The position numbers and the translations under genes are program-made. A DNA stretch of 64,000 nucleotides from Octopus sinensis (taxonomy: Eukaryota). The notes under the pieces are model-generated. The model did not search any database. It saw only the letters and a program-made list of their open reading frames with translations, and was not told where the DNA came from. Within the stretch, counting starts at the first letter, position 1. Each line of letters opens with the position of its first letter. Below, piece by piece: positions 29,121 to 41,848 of this stretch. The DNA lies in the NCBI RefSeq assembly GCF_006345805.1, contig NC_042998.1, positions 36,270,001-36,334,000 on the forward strand, given 5' to 3'.

Positions 29121-30324
29121 TGAATTTTATTTTTAATTCCATTTATTCCATTTTCCATTCATTAATTTAGAGATGTTCGTTTCCAGAGCGGTTATACTTT
29201 TTATATATATGTTAAGTTCCTTGGTAAAGTAATTTTGTTTGGTGTATATGTTGAGGCTTATATGTACTTGTGGGTGTGTGAGTGGGGTGGGAGTTTTTAT
29301 TTGTTATGGGTTGTGGTTTACGAGTGGTTTTGTGTGTGAATGTATAGGTTAAAGGAATTGCTATATAAGTATGTTTTAGTGTTTAGTAAAGAGAGGTTTT
29401 ATCATTTCTGTTTTGTGAGTTTTAGCTTATCATGGTAGTTTTATAAAAGAATCCATTCATAATTTTGTGTTTATTTGTCTGTGTGGGGTTGAGTGGGTTT
29501 TTGGAGTATATGTTGAGGTTTATATGTATGTATTGGTATGTGTAAGTGGTGTGGGTATTTGTATATGTCGTGGGTGTGTGGTTTACGTGTGTGTATTTGT
29601 GTGTGAATGTTTAGGTTAGGGGGATTGCTATATAGGTTTGTTATAGAGTTTAGAAAGGGAGATTTTATCATTATATGTTTTTATGAGTTTTGGTTATCAT
29701 GGTAGGTTTGATAAGGAATTTGTAGTAATTTGTGTCTATTTGCGATGTCTGTTGTTTTATTGCATTGTTTCATTCATAATTTTTAAGTAGTGTTCGTTTT
29801 ACCAAGTGAATATAATTTTTAATTCCATTTATTCCATTTCTCCGTTCATAGTTTTGAGTGATGTCCGTTTTCTAGAGCGTGAATGTGGGTTGTATGTGTG
29901 TGTGTGTGGGAGTATGAATAAGTATTGTGTTGAAGTATTTAGCTATTTTATTTATTTATAGTTGCCTAGACATTTTTATGTGTATGTATAGGGATATATA
30001 TATAGGTGTGTGATTTAGTGTATGTAGTTAGATATGGTTATATATAATTAGGTATATGTGTATGGGTGTATATATAGTTTATTATTATATTATTATTATT
30101 TTTTTTGTTTTGTTTTATATTTTATATTTTATATTTTATATTTTATATTTTATATTTAATTGTTGATAGGTTTTTTTAGTTTATATAATGTTTATATATT
30201 GATTATATATGGATTATAGATAGGTTATATATGGATTATATACTTATATTTTTTCATTCATACTTTAATTATTTTAAAATTATTATTTTTATATTTTAAA
30301 TTATTGATTTTTTAGATTGGAAGT

Positions 30325-30367
30325 CCACCTGAAGATTGTCGATCAAGACAAGAAACGATTGTAGTGG
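30325..30367 (+). ncRNA. Minimal type-I hammerhead ribozyme in the 3' pLTR (intact)
   Basis: ccac-CTGAAGA-ttgtc(gatcaa)gacaa-GAAAC-gatt-GTA-gtgg. Stems I and II pair fully. Confidence 0.82.
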
Positions 30368-30454
30368 CGGTTTTTTTGACTATTTATTAAAATTTTATGT
30401 ATTGATTAAGTCTTTCCTTGTTTGTTTTGCAAAATAGTGGTTTTGTCTCGAATA

Positions 30455-30496
<42 letters not shown>

Positions 30497-30975
30497 CTAT
30501 ATCTAGTATATATATATATATACATTATGTAAAATATGTTACGGAAACAAAATATAAAATATAAAAAAAACAAATACACGTGAATGTAAGGGTAAAAATG
30601 AAAAATCACGAAAATGCACATTGCAAATAAAAAAAGGCTATTTATGACCGGTAACGACAAATATATACATTTAGATTGACTGAGGTAGTATACGAGTCAT
30701 AAAGTCATTATTATGAGATGAGTATAAGATGAAAATAAAGTTAGAGAACAAAACGGACCATGGTTTTACGCAAAGCTATTCATCGTTATATATATATCTA
30801 TATATATATATATATATATATCTATATATATATATATATATTATAAATTGAATATATCTCATTTATATGACCCTATCGTCGAAATTGATTCTTAAGTATA
30901 TCATTATGTACTTAAATATATACATATACGCGCACACACACACACATATATAAGTGCGTGCGTGCGCGTGTGTAT

Positions 30976-31288
30976 AGGCGCATGACTCTGGGGTTTGAAC
31001 ATCGGGCCCTCAATCGTGAAGTAGTGAATTCGAATCAATTCGGACAAAGCTGTGTACTGTGTTCTTGAGCAAGACGCTTTATTTCATGTTGCTCCAGCTG
31101 CAGGAATGAGCTGCAACATCACTGGTGCCAACCTATATCGCCCTCTGCCTTTCCCTTGGATAACATCAGTGGTGTGAAGAGGGGAGGCTGGTATGCATGG
31201 ATGACTACTGGTCTTCCAGAAACAACCTTGCCCGAACTTGTGCCTCGGAGGATAAACTTCTAGGTGCAATGTGCAATCCTATGGTCAT
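30976..31288 (+). mobile_element. tRNA-derived SINE family D (CORE-like), with a (CATA)n/(CA)n tail
   Basis: ggcgcatgactc head, ttcgaatc box B-like motif and gttcttgagcaagacgcttt CORE-like segment. Confidence 0.6.
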
Positions 31289-31327
31289 ACATACATACAT
31301 ACATACATACATACATACATACACACA

Positions 31328-31396
<69 letters not shown>

Positions 31397-31646
31397 TGTG
31401 TAATTAAAACAAATTTAACTTTTTAACGTGCGGAGAATAATTTTATCCTACGTGTGTATGTATGAAAAATAGAAAGACACGTTTCACAGAATAAATGTGT
31501 CACTGGTTTAGGTTTTTTCAAAGTTTTATGGAATTTCTTCACATTTCTTCACATTTTTCCTTATTTAAAACCATGAGCGGCTTAATGATTTCATACATGC
31601 ATATATCACACAAATATAATATACATACATATACATATATGTATAA

Positions 31647-31767
<121 letters not shown>

Positions 31768-31778
31768 ATATACATAAT

Positions 31779-31810
<32 letters not shown>

Positions 31811-32167
31811 GTAGGTATCAGTTAGAGGGGTTTAGTACCTCTAAGGGATAATTAAATCCAGAGTCGCTCCTGGTTATTACCTGGGTAGGTACAGTCTTTT
31901 GTAAGATTGTACGGTAGCAGGTGGTTCGGTTGGTAAACCGTAGTTTAGGTTATATTAGAGAAGAAAATGGATGTAGTAACAAGGGGAAACTCGTAATCCC
32001 AAACTTAAATACTCATCTATATAATTCTAATTAACTGGGAAACACCTTAAACACTTACACATAAATTGTCACCCCGTAAACCCACTCGCCCCCACATTCC
32101 ATAATAATACACTTTGCACATACATACGGCCCCTTCTAGCACTAATAACTTCCTAAACTGTTGCAAT

Positions 32168-32202
<35 letters not shown>

Positions 32203-32249
32203 CATATCTTGTATCTTTTACTTTTATCACTCATTAGACTGCGGCCATG

Positions 32250-32383
32250 CATTTAAATGTTGAAGTGAATCTAACGGTTTGCGTGTTTTTAAATGGCTTA
32301 TAAACACCTTCCACGCTGCAATTGTTTTCCTTCCCGCACACTTTATCAGATCAGGTCACTTGCTATGCAAGTACATCTCCGTA
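32250..32383 (-). mobile_element. Fragment of the same repeat family as 61969-62166
   Basis: atttaaatgttgaagtgaatc...aaacaccttccacgctgcaattgtt...gtacatctccgt is the reverse complement of 61970-62100. Confidence 0.75.
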
Positions 32384-32921
32384 ATAATAAATTTCCACAA
32401 ACTGAATATTGATTATTTACATTATTACATTATTCCAAAATTTGAAATATTTATATTTAACTCTAATTAATAAATATTATTATGCTTATTAAAGAAATTA
32501 TACCTGGTTTCATACATATGCCAGAAACTACTCTCCCTTATTTTTATTTCTTTATTCTTTTATTCTGACATGCAACGTAATTCAAAAAAGTGCAATTGCA
32601 ATAAATAAGAATAGACACTTTATAAAAACACTCTTGCCCTTCGTGTTTTGGTTGCAAGGAGCAGTGATGCTGGTTTTTCTTTTTTCTTTCATAAATAGTA
32701 AATTGGCATTTTAAGAAAATTAAAGTTTTCTTTAAAAACATTCAATTTAACAAATATTGATTATTTTCTTCTTAGATTATTCTAGAATTTGAAATGTTTT
32801 CTTTTTTTAAATTCTAATTAGTAAATATAATGTGCATAATAAAGTTTTTGTATCATGCGTATAAATAAAACTACCTGCCCTGTTATTTTATTTCATTACA
32901 CACACACACACACGCAAGTTC

Positions 32922-33095
32922 AAGTATGGATGTGTGGTTAAGAAGCACACTTTTCAGTCACCTGGTTTTGAGTTTCATGGCAGGGTACTTTAATCCTAGA
33001 GCAAACAATGCCTAGTAAATGAATTTGGCACACGGAAACTGACTGGAAGCTCATTATACACACATACACACACACAGACACACACACAGACACAG

Positions 33096-33129
<34 letters not shown>

Positions 33130-33297
33130 CACACACACGTGTGTTGTCAACGGGCGTTGGATTGTTTACAGACCGATAGATAGGTACAACTTCTGAAAAA
33201 AATGTAGGTAGGAACGATTTGTTCGACTAAAACCCTGCAAAGCGTTGCCCTAGTGTGGCTGCAGTCCAATGACTAAAGCAAAGAAAAGATAAAAGAG
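32922..33297 (+). mobile_element. Diverged SINE family A-like copy
   Basis: gtatggatgtgtggttaag head, gacggaaactga-like middle segment and gcagtccaatgact tail. Confidence 0.6.
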
Positions 33298-34230
33298 GGA
33301 GGGTGCGTCTCCTCCGTGACCGGGAGATTCGCCTCTCCTCCCTCATTCCTAGGATCCTTCGGTGAGCACCCATTGTTTCTCACTTTCTTCTTTGAGGAGT
33401 CCTCCGTCTCCTCGGCGGCCTTCGTTCCTTCTACAGATCTCTCAATCAACTGTTCCAGGACTTTGCTTTGTTCCTGAGGACAGTTTTTTCTTTATATGGC
33501 CAGGCTCCAGGCACCGATGACACCTGGTGGGGGGGGGCAACCCTAAAAAATCACGGGATACCTACACCTGGCTATTTAAAAAAAATGTGGCATAACCAGA
33601 TTCATGAGTGATTGGGTCCACAGGGTCAAAACAGCTTTTGACCCAACCGAATCAGCCGCAGGAAGAATTTTAACATTAAGGAGCCTGGCACCGCTGCTAC
33701 CCAGACTCCGACGGATAGCAACCTCTATCTACTGGGGTTCAATTCCGGGTGACAAACGACAGACCCTTGTCACTTGTTTTCCCACAATAAGTGGGAAGAA
33801 GCAAAATTTCTTTACCCTCAAAGGGCTGGCTCGCAAAACTGCGAGCCCCCTCTGGGGTGTCAAACAGTACCCTCACCGTTTCATATTTGACACCCCCAGA
33901 GATATACTTAATGGTTGGCAGATGTTCCGCCAACTCAAGCTCAATCATCTGCTTGGAGAAGACGGCAATGGTGTCGAGAACCTTCGAATACGTTCTCAAC
34001 ACTACCGTCCTCTCCTCCTGCTGTCTGAGCCACTCCTTAGGTGGGACAATCTCCCACTCTACAATCTTATCCGCATTTTTGGCCATGTTTTAAATTAAAA
34101 AGTAAAAAGTCCAAAAGCATTAAAAATAGGTTTATATTTTGCAATAGAATATGCCTCTTTGATAACGCGCTGATTATAGGTTGCATTGTCCCTGAATTTA
34201 TAGAGGGGAGATCCCACACTGGCCCTTAAA
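33298..34230 (-). pseudogene. Gag-like/ORF1 relic of a non-LTR retrotransposon, with a CCHC zinc knuckle
   Basis: ORF 34086-33739 continues across frameshifts into CHRCLEPGHIK..NCP (CX2CX4HX4C) at about 33530-33478. Confidence 0.65.
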
Positions 34231-35834
34231 ATGGCAAACAATCCTTAGCTACACACACAATAAAAAATGCTAGGAAAACAGGTTGGTTCCTCTCAAATTC
34301 TTTGTAAACTCTTAAATATATCTCCATCTGTGTATATATATACTACGAAACAAACATGATTTTTTTGAACTCCTAATACTTTTTGTTGAATATTTTCTTA
34401 AATACTTTCTTGTAAACTGTTTTTATCATTTTCTTATTATCAAAGAATGTATATATGTATTTTAATACTTTTGTGATAACCAGTACTTAATACAACAAAG
34501 CTAATAGAAAACTTTACATTTTACTTTTGACAATCTTTTTCTAAATAAGTGAAAACGGTCAAGTGAATAAACATCTTTATAACTGCATTTTCAAACCTTC
34601 TTTCATACATATTTCCACTCGTGCAATACTTTACAACTTCACTTTGTTATATATATATATACACACATCTTACAGATGATCTGCCTGTTTACACACCCAA
34701 AATAGGCAGTTTCCATTGTTAAAAGGAATGGAATGCGATAAATTGAAATACGCTTACATAATTAAAATGAAGAACAAATTTGATAACATTTCAACCCTAA
34801 TAACAGCCCACAACCAAAGCAATGTAGAAGTAACGATAAAAAATAATATAAGTGAAATGAAAAGAATAAGCACAAAATAGTGTAATCCAACCTCCAAGCA
34901 GACGCATGCTCCAACGAAAAGAGCTGTGAGTAAAGAAAAACGTCATCAGCTCGTGTACCTGCTGACTAAATTGAATTAAAAAAAATCAGTTCTTAACAGA
35001 AAACCGAGCATTTAAAATTGGATCTCTCCTTGTCAGGTGTTCCAGATGAACCTACTTCTTGGCAGGAAACACAGATGCGTGCAGTGGCATCGAACTCCCT
35101 TGTTGATCAAGTGCCACGTATCAGAGGTGGTTTCACATACTAGTGTAGCTCATTCAACGATGGTGCCCCAGCATGGCCGCAGCTTTCTGGCTGAAGTATT
35201 TTTAAGGATTTAAGGATTAAGAAGGCTCAGGAGAGGTGTACTGGGAAATATTTTTTGGGACAGTTTTAAGAAAGGTAAGTGAATTATAAACAATCAAACT
35301 GCAAGTGAGTTTTAAGGGTTTATGAAGTATGGCATTCCCAACATATACCACAATACACGGTTTCCTATCAAAAATCCTTGCAAAACGAATTTAAGATCGG
35401 CACATATAACAATAAATTCCTTTCTAATATAGGTACACGACCTGAAACCATGCGGAATGGGGTAGTGGATTACATCAAACACAGTCCTTGACGTGTATAT
35501 TCTATCCATATTTTATCCATGATAAAGCAAAATGGACCCCAGATTGTGAAACCGTAAGAAATGTTGCCAAGCATTTTGTCCGGCGTGCTAACGATTCTTT
35601 CAAATCACCGCCTTAATAATATATCATATTATACATACATATATGTGTGTGATGTGTGCGTGTGTGTGTGTGTCTGCAGTGTATGTGTTTGTGCGTAAGT
35701 CTATGTAATACGAGGATTGTATGAAAGTCTTGATCCTCAAAAAAAAAAACAAAATATGGTACAAGATTTCAAGATTCAAAGGCCTTGAAAGCTCAAGACT
35801 TTTCATACACTCTTCGATATGCACATATCTATCT

Positions 35835-35882
<48 letters not shown>

Positions 35883-36239
35883 CTATCTATCTATCTATCT
35901 ATCATATAGATATATATATATATATATATATATAAGCTGTTTGATTTATATTTTTGACATTATAGCTACCTTCTTACATTTGGTTTTTCATGTGCTGTCA
36001 TTGTATCATATTCAAATCTATTCTTATTAGAAGAGTTTTTAAAAGGAAATAATTCAAGGCGTCCATAAAAATTTAGGCAGTTTTCATTTCCCATAATACT
36101 GAAACAGAAACGGAATGAAAAAAAAAAAATTGCACTTGTAGTTGTATGTGGAGTATTATCTCAGCGTCTGAAAAATGTCTCATGAAGATATGAACCAGCA
36201 TAAAGCAACCCAATTATAATCAATATATGTCATTATAAT

Positions 36240-36308
<69 letters not shown>

Positions 36309-36319
36309 ATTATATATGA

Positions 36320-36480
36320 ATTACTTATTATATTATATATTTATCATTCATTTTATACTTTTTGAGATCTAGTTATAAGTTATATGTTTATAAAAATATG
36401 TATTATTTGTTATTTATGTATTGGTTTATGTCTATCACTGTTTGCGTTGCATAATAGTGGTTTTATCTCTAATTTATATT
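36320..36480 (+). mobile_element. Short Penelope-like pLTR-end fragment within (TA)n
   Basis: ggtttatgtctatcactgtttgcgttgcataatagtggttttatctctaattta matches 7494-7546. Confidence 0.55.
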
Positions 36481-36574
36481 TTATATATGAATATATATAT
36501 ATGCATTACATATATATATATATTATGCATACCATATATATATATATGATACATATATATTATATATATATATA

Positions 36575-36612
<38 letters not shown>

Positions 36613-36959
36613 CATATGTGTGTATGTGTATACAATCTATACATAGAAATATGTATTTATATATATCTAACTGCTTCTACGTACATCATCAAATACTCAC
36701 AGACACATACAAACACACACACGCAAATAAACTCTACAATGTATCGGAGTTGCATAACTGTGCAGTCAAAGTTTTATGTGTGTATATTATATATATATAT
36801 ATATTAATATATATTATATAATATATATATATATATTTATACATACATATATACATATGTATATGATATAATACATAATATATGATATATATGTATATAT
36901 ATATATATATTATATATATAATATATATACTATATATTATATTATATTATATATATATA

Positions 36960-36999
<40 letters not shown>

Positions 37000-37171
37000 T
37001 ATTTATGCTTACATGTACATTGTTATGCACACTCACACACACACACATATGAACACACAGATATACATATATAGATTGCATCACACATATATTGTTTTCT
37101 CTAAAATTTATCCTCTTACTCAAATATTTGCTTCTCTGTCAACCACTCACACATACACACACACGTACACA

Positions 37172-37217
<46 letters not shown>

Positions 37218-37418
37218 AAATAAAAGTGTACTATTCACTCAAGCAATTTTTTGAATCATATTTTCCATATTGCTTCCTTTCCCTCCTCGTCTCTTTCTGT
37301 TTCCTTATTTTCTCCTCCTCTTCCGATCTCTGTTTCCCTATCATATTTCCAATTATCTGCCATATTTTATTTACCCACGTTTCTCATGTAATTTGCAGCA
37401 AGCGATTTACCCGTACCC

Positions 37419-37539
<121 letters not shown>

Positions 37540-37836
37540 TACCATTTCTCTCTCTCTATATATCTTTATTGTATAACACCTTCTGCATCCATCCAATTAA
37601 TTCTTGCTTCTTGTCAGTTTGCTCATTTGAGACTGTTCTTTATTTCACTTTCTGTTTTACGTCTCTTTCGTCACTCTCTTACAACTACACATTCAAGTAT
37701 ATACATACATACATACGAACACACACACACACAGATGCATATATATATATATAATATATATATATAGATATATATATTATAATACCATAAAAAATACATA
37801 TATATATATGTAGGAATTTATACATACGTATGCATA

Positions 37837-37893
<57 letters not shown>

Positions 37894-37894
<1 letters not shown>

Positions 37895-39821
37895 AACTTA
37901 GATAAACTTAAGATATGTTTCGACCAAAGATTGGTCCATGCCTGTCTAACTTAATAGCACCACCTGATAGGATTATTCGAATCCTGTTTAAGTCAAGTTT
38001 TGTTTATGGTCCATTCAAGTAGTGAGTTCTTATTGGGTGAGTTGTATCCAATTATGGGTGGCTTATCTGGTATTCTTTGAAGGAATCTATCCAGACTCCG
38101 TTTAAAGATGATGGGATCCTTTTCCTCTTTGATCTCTTTCAGGAAAATGTTAAGTAGGGCAGGGTCTGTTGAGGAAAAGAAATTATGTTGCAGTGTACAT
38201 GTATGCTGTGATCTTGAATTGGGCAGGGGACATATGGCCCGTGGTCCCAGTCTTGGATGAACCCTGAAGCTAATGTTCAGGTCGTTTGGGCAAAGTTGGC
38301 GGTATATTCTCCACATCGTGCAAATGATGTACCGCTCACGGCGACGCTGGAGAGAGTAAAGTTTCAAGGCTTTAAGGCGATCCCAATAATCGAGAGCAGC
38401 CATGCCTTCAATTCGTTTAGTGAGTGCCCTCTGGGGTGACTCAATCCTCGAGATGTTTTGTCTTACATGGGGAGACCACAGTGGGCAACAGTATTCGAGG
38501 TGTGGCCGTACAAAGGAGGAGAAAAGTGGTATGATGACACCTTGTTCCCTGGACCGGAAAGTTCTTAAGATCCAGGAACTCATCCTACGAGCTATATCGA
38601 CCTTCTTGTTGATGTGTGCACTCCAACTGAGATCGTCATCAACAATTACACCCAGGTATCTGATATTGTTAGAGGCTGTGAGCGGTTCCCCTGAAGGAAG
38701 AGAGTATGGCTGTTTTAGTGAGGAATTTCTTCCAAATTGCATCAGCTCAAATTTTCCCTCGTTCAGTTGCATTTTGTTTCTGTTTGCCCATTGACTCACA
38801 GCATATAGATCAGACTGGAGTTGAGTTCGATCTGCTTCTTCATTGACGATTTGCTGGAGCTTAGTGTCATCAGCAAATATTTTCACTTGCAGTAATGTAC
38901 GACACTGGAAAGGTCGTTTATATGTAATTATGAAGAGTATAGGACCCAAGACAGTCCCCCGGGGGACACCGCTGGTGACTTTTGCTGGGCTTGAGTGACT
39001 CCATCAACTACAACATGTGTTCTATTCGCCAGGAAATACTTAATCCAGGTATAACTTTTCCACGGATTCCAACATTGCCAATTTTGAGAGTAGGATATTA
39101 TGGTCTATACCCTGTCGAACGCTTTACTGAAGTCAAGATATATGATGTCAGAGTTCGAACCTGTTCCCAAGGCTTTGAGTACATCTTCAATGTGGTGTAA
39201 GAGCTGTGTTAGACAGTCCCTGCCACAGCGAAAGCCATGCTGATTTGCATTTAGGAGTTTGTGGGTCTCCAGGAAGTCAGCTATCCTTGATCTTAACACT
39301 CTTTCAAACACTTTAATGATGTGGGAGGTGAGTGAGATTGGGCGCTAGTTGTGTGCGAAGGATCTGTTTCCTTGTTTGAAAACCGGGATGACTGACTGGG
39401 ATAGAAACTGTTTCGGTATATAACCTGCGTCTAACGAATTTCTCCAGAGGTTGGTCAGAGGGACTGCAAGTTGGTGTCTACCATTCCTTCAGGAGACTAG
39501 CGGGGAATCTATCAGGGCCTACAGCAGAGTAGTATTGACCTCATTTATTGCTGCTACGATGTCAGTGGCAGTGAAGGTTATGCCTGAGATTTTATGTTGG
39601 GAGTCACACTTCGTTCGCTTCTCTTACGTCAATATCATTGGGAACACTAAGACAGAGCAGTATTGTTTCTGCAGTATTTCTCTGCCATTTCTTTAGCATC
39701 GTGTTGGGGAATGCCGTTATCATCAATCAATGACCCCAATGGGTGAGACAGTGGTTCTATGCTTATTTGCATAAGAATAGAACACTTTTGGGTTCTGTTT
39801 TATGATTTTGATTACCCACTG
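37894..39821 (-). mobile_element. CR1-group LINE, 5'-truncated (RT domain and 3'UTR), frameshifted
   Basis: IKQNPKVFYSY; RPISLTSHIIKVFER; QHGFR; YLDFSKAFDRV; SGVP.GTVLGPILF; FADDTKL; LGVIVD; VRPHLEYCCPLWSPH; SLQRRRERY. The 3'UTR has a hairpin and a short tandem tail. Confidence 0.92.
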
Positions 39822-40029
39822 TATATGTATATATATATTTATATAAAAGGGCTTAGTAAAATAATTACTACTTTGCCGCATACTGAACTCATTAGAAATA
39901 GCAGCTAAAAAACTTTTTTAAAAGCTATTTCTAATACTTAAAGAAAATCTCTCTCATTATAGTGTTTGCTTAATTCAACTCACAAAAGTTTGGGGGTAAG
40001 GACATCGAAAAATCAATGCTAAGGTTATT

Positions 40030-40083
40030 TGAGAACGTACGTTTCAAGATTAGTCAAAACAACACTTCTATCACATCAGCTCA
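40030..40083 (-). ncRNA. Array hammerhead copy with a 2-nt insertion in the core (CTGATGTGA)
   Basis: Plus strand reads tgagaacgtacgtttc...ctatcacatcagctca. Confidence 0.55.
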
Positions 40084-40581
40084 GAAATTCCTTGGTTTGG
40101 ATTTGGAAACACTGAAAATAGAACATACCCCTTCGAAGATCTGCTCGTAACTAACAGTGCCAACAAATTCAAAAGCAAGCGAAGAATCTCTGTTCTCTCT
40201 TCTCCCTCTTTTCCACCAGCGTGGGTTAAAATCATCAAACACTATGGCTTATTTCGGTAAAATCCGAAGCATTAATCAGAGGGAGATTAATTATAATTTC
40301 AACAATTGAGGGCAAAATTAATTAATTATTAATCAATTTCACCAAGTGTTCAGTATGCAAAGGGACCATTCAAGGCGAATTCAAATTATTACATTATATA
40401 AAAGGGCTTAGTAAAATAAATTACTTTGCCGCATACTGAACTCATTAGAAATAGCAGCTAAAAACTTTTTTAAAGCTATTTCTAATACTTAAAGAAAATC
40501 TCTCTCATATATAGTGTTTGCTTAATTAACACTCACAAAAGTTTGGGGAAGGACATCGAAAAATCAAATGCTAAGGTTATT

Positions 40582-40635
40582 TGAGAACGTACGTTTCAAG
40601 ATTAGTCAAAACAACACTTCTATATCATCAGCTCA
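40582..40635 (-). ncRNA. Array hammerhead copy (core intact)
   Basis: Reverse complement: tgag-CTGATGA-...-GAAAC-gtac-GTT-ctca, with 2 extra nt at the base of stem II. Confidence 0.75.
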
Positions 40636-41128
40636 GAAATTCCTTGGTTTGGATTTGGAAACACTGAAAATAAGAACATACTCTTTCGAAGATCTGCTCG
40701 TAATAACAGTGCCAACAAATTCAAATAAGCAAGCGAAGAATCTCTGTTCTCCCCTTTCCACCAGCGTGGGTTAAAATCATCAAACACTATGCTTATTTCG
40801 GTAAAATCCGAAGCATTAATCAGAGGGAGATTAATTATAATTTCAACAATTGAGGCAAAATTAATTAATTATAATCAATCAATTCACCAAAGTGTTCAGT
40901 ATGCAAAGGGACCATTCAAGGCGAATTCAAATTATTACATTATATAAAGGGCTTAGTAAAATAAATTACTTTGCCGCATACTGAACTCATTAGAAATAGC
41001 AGCTAAAAACTTTTTTAAAGCTATTCTATAATACTTAAAGAAAATCTCTCTCATATATAGTGTTTGCTTAATTCAACTCACAAAAGTTTGGGGGTAAGGA
41101 CATCGAAAAATCAAATGCTAAGGTTATT

Positions 41129-41180
41129 TGAGAACGTACGTTTCAAGATTAGTCAAAACAACACTTCTATCATCAGCTCA
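41129..41180 (-). ncRNA. Array hammerhead copy (intact)
   Basis: Reverse complement of the 41797-41848 motif. Confidence 0.82.
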
Positions 41181-41796
41181 GAAATTCCTTGGTTTGGATT
41201 GGAAACACTGAAAATAAGAACATACCCTTTCGAAGATCTGCTCGTAACTAACAGTGCCAACAAATTCAAATAAGCAAGCGAAGAATCTCTGTTCTCCCTT
41301 CCTCCTTCCACCAGCGTGGGTTAAATCATCAAACACTATGCTTATTTCGGTAAAATCCGAAGCATTAATCAGAGGAGATTAATTATAATTTCAACAATTG
41401 AGGGCAAAATTAATTAATATTAATCAATTTCACCATGTTCAGTATGCAAAGGGACCATTCAAGGCGAATTCAAATTATTACATTAATAAAAGGGCTTAGT
41501 AAAATAAATTACTTTGCCGCATACTGAACTCATTAGAAATAGCAGCTAAAAAACTTTTTTTTTAATTAATTAATTTTGCCCTCATTGTTGAATTATAATT
41601 AATCTCCTCTGATTAATGCTTCGGATTTTACCGAATAAGCATAGTGTTTGATGATTTTAACCCACGCTGGTGGAAAGGGGAGAACAGAGATTCTTCGCTT
41701 GCTTATTTGAATTTGTTGGCACTGTTAGTTACGAGCAGATCTTCGAAAGGGTATGTTCTTATTTTCAGTGTTTCCAAATCCAAACCAAGGAATTTC

Positions 41797-41848
41797 TGAG
41801 CTGATGATAGAAGTGTTGTTTTGACTAATCTTGAAACGTACGTTCTCA
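41797..41848 (+). ncRNA. Array hammerhead copy (intact)
   Basis: tgag-CTGATGA-tagaagtgttgttttgactaatctt-GAAAC-gtac-GTT-ctca. Predicted cleavage after 41844. Confidence 0.82.

Larger units (their letters stand above)
22075..30460 (+). mobile_element. Penelope-like retroelement (probably Naiad-type), ~8.4 kb, flanked by ~425-bp direct repeats (pLTRs)
   Basis: Near-identical direct repeats at 22075-22497 and 30029-30460, each with a hammerhead motif. Internal RT and GIY-YIG coding remnants. 3' end abuts (TA)n. Confidence 0.88.
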
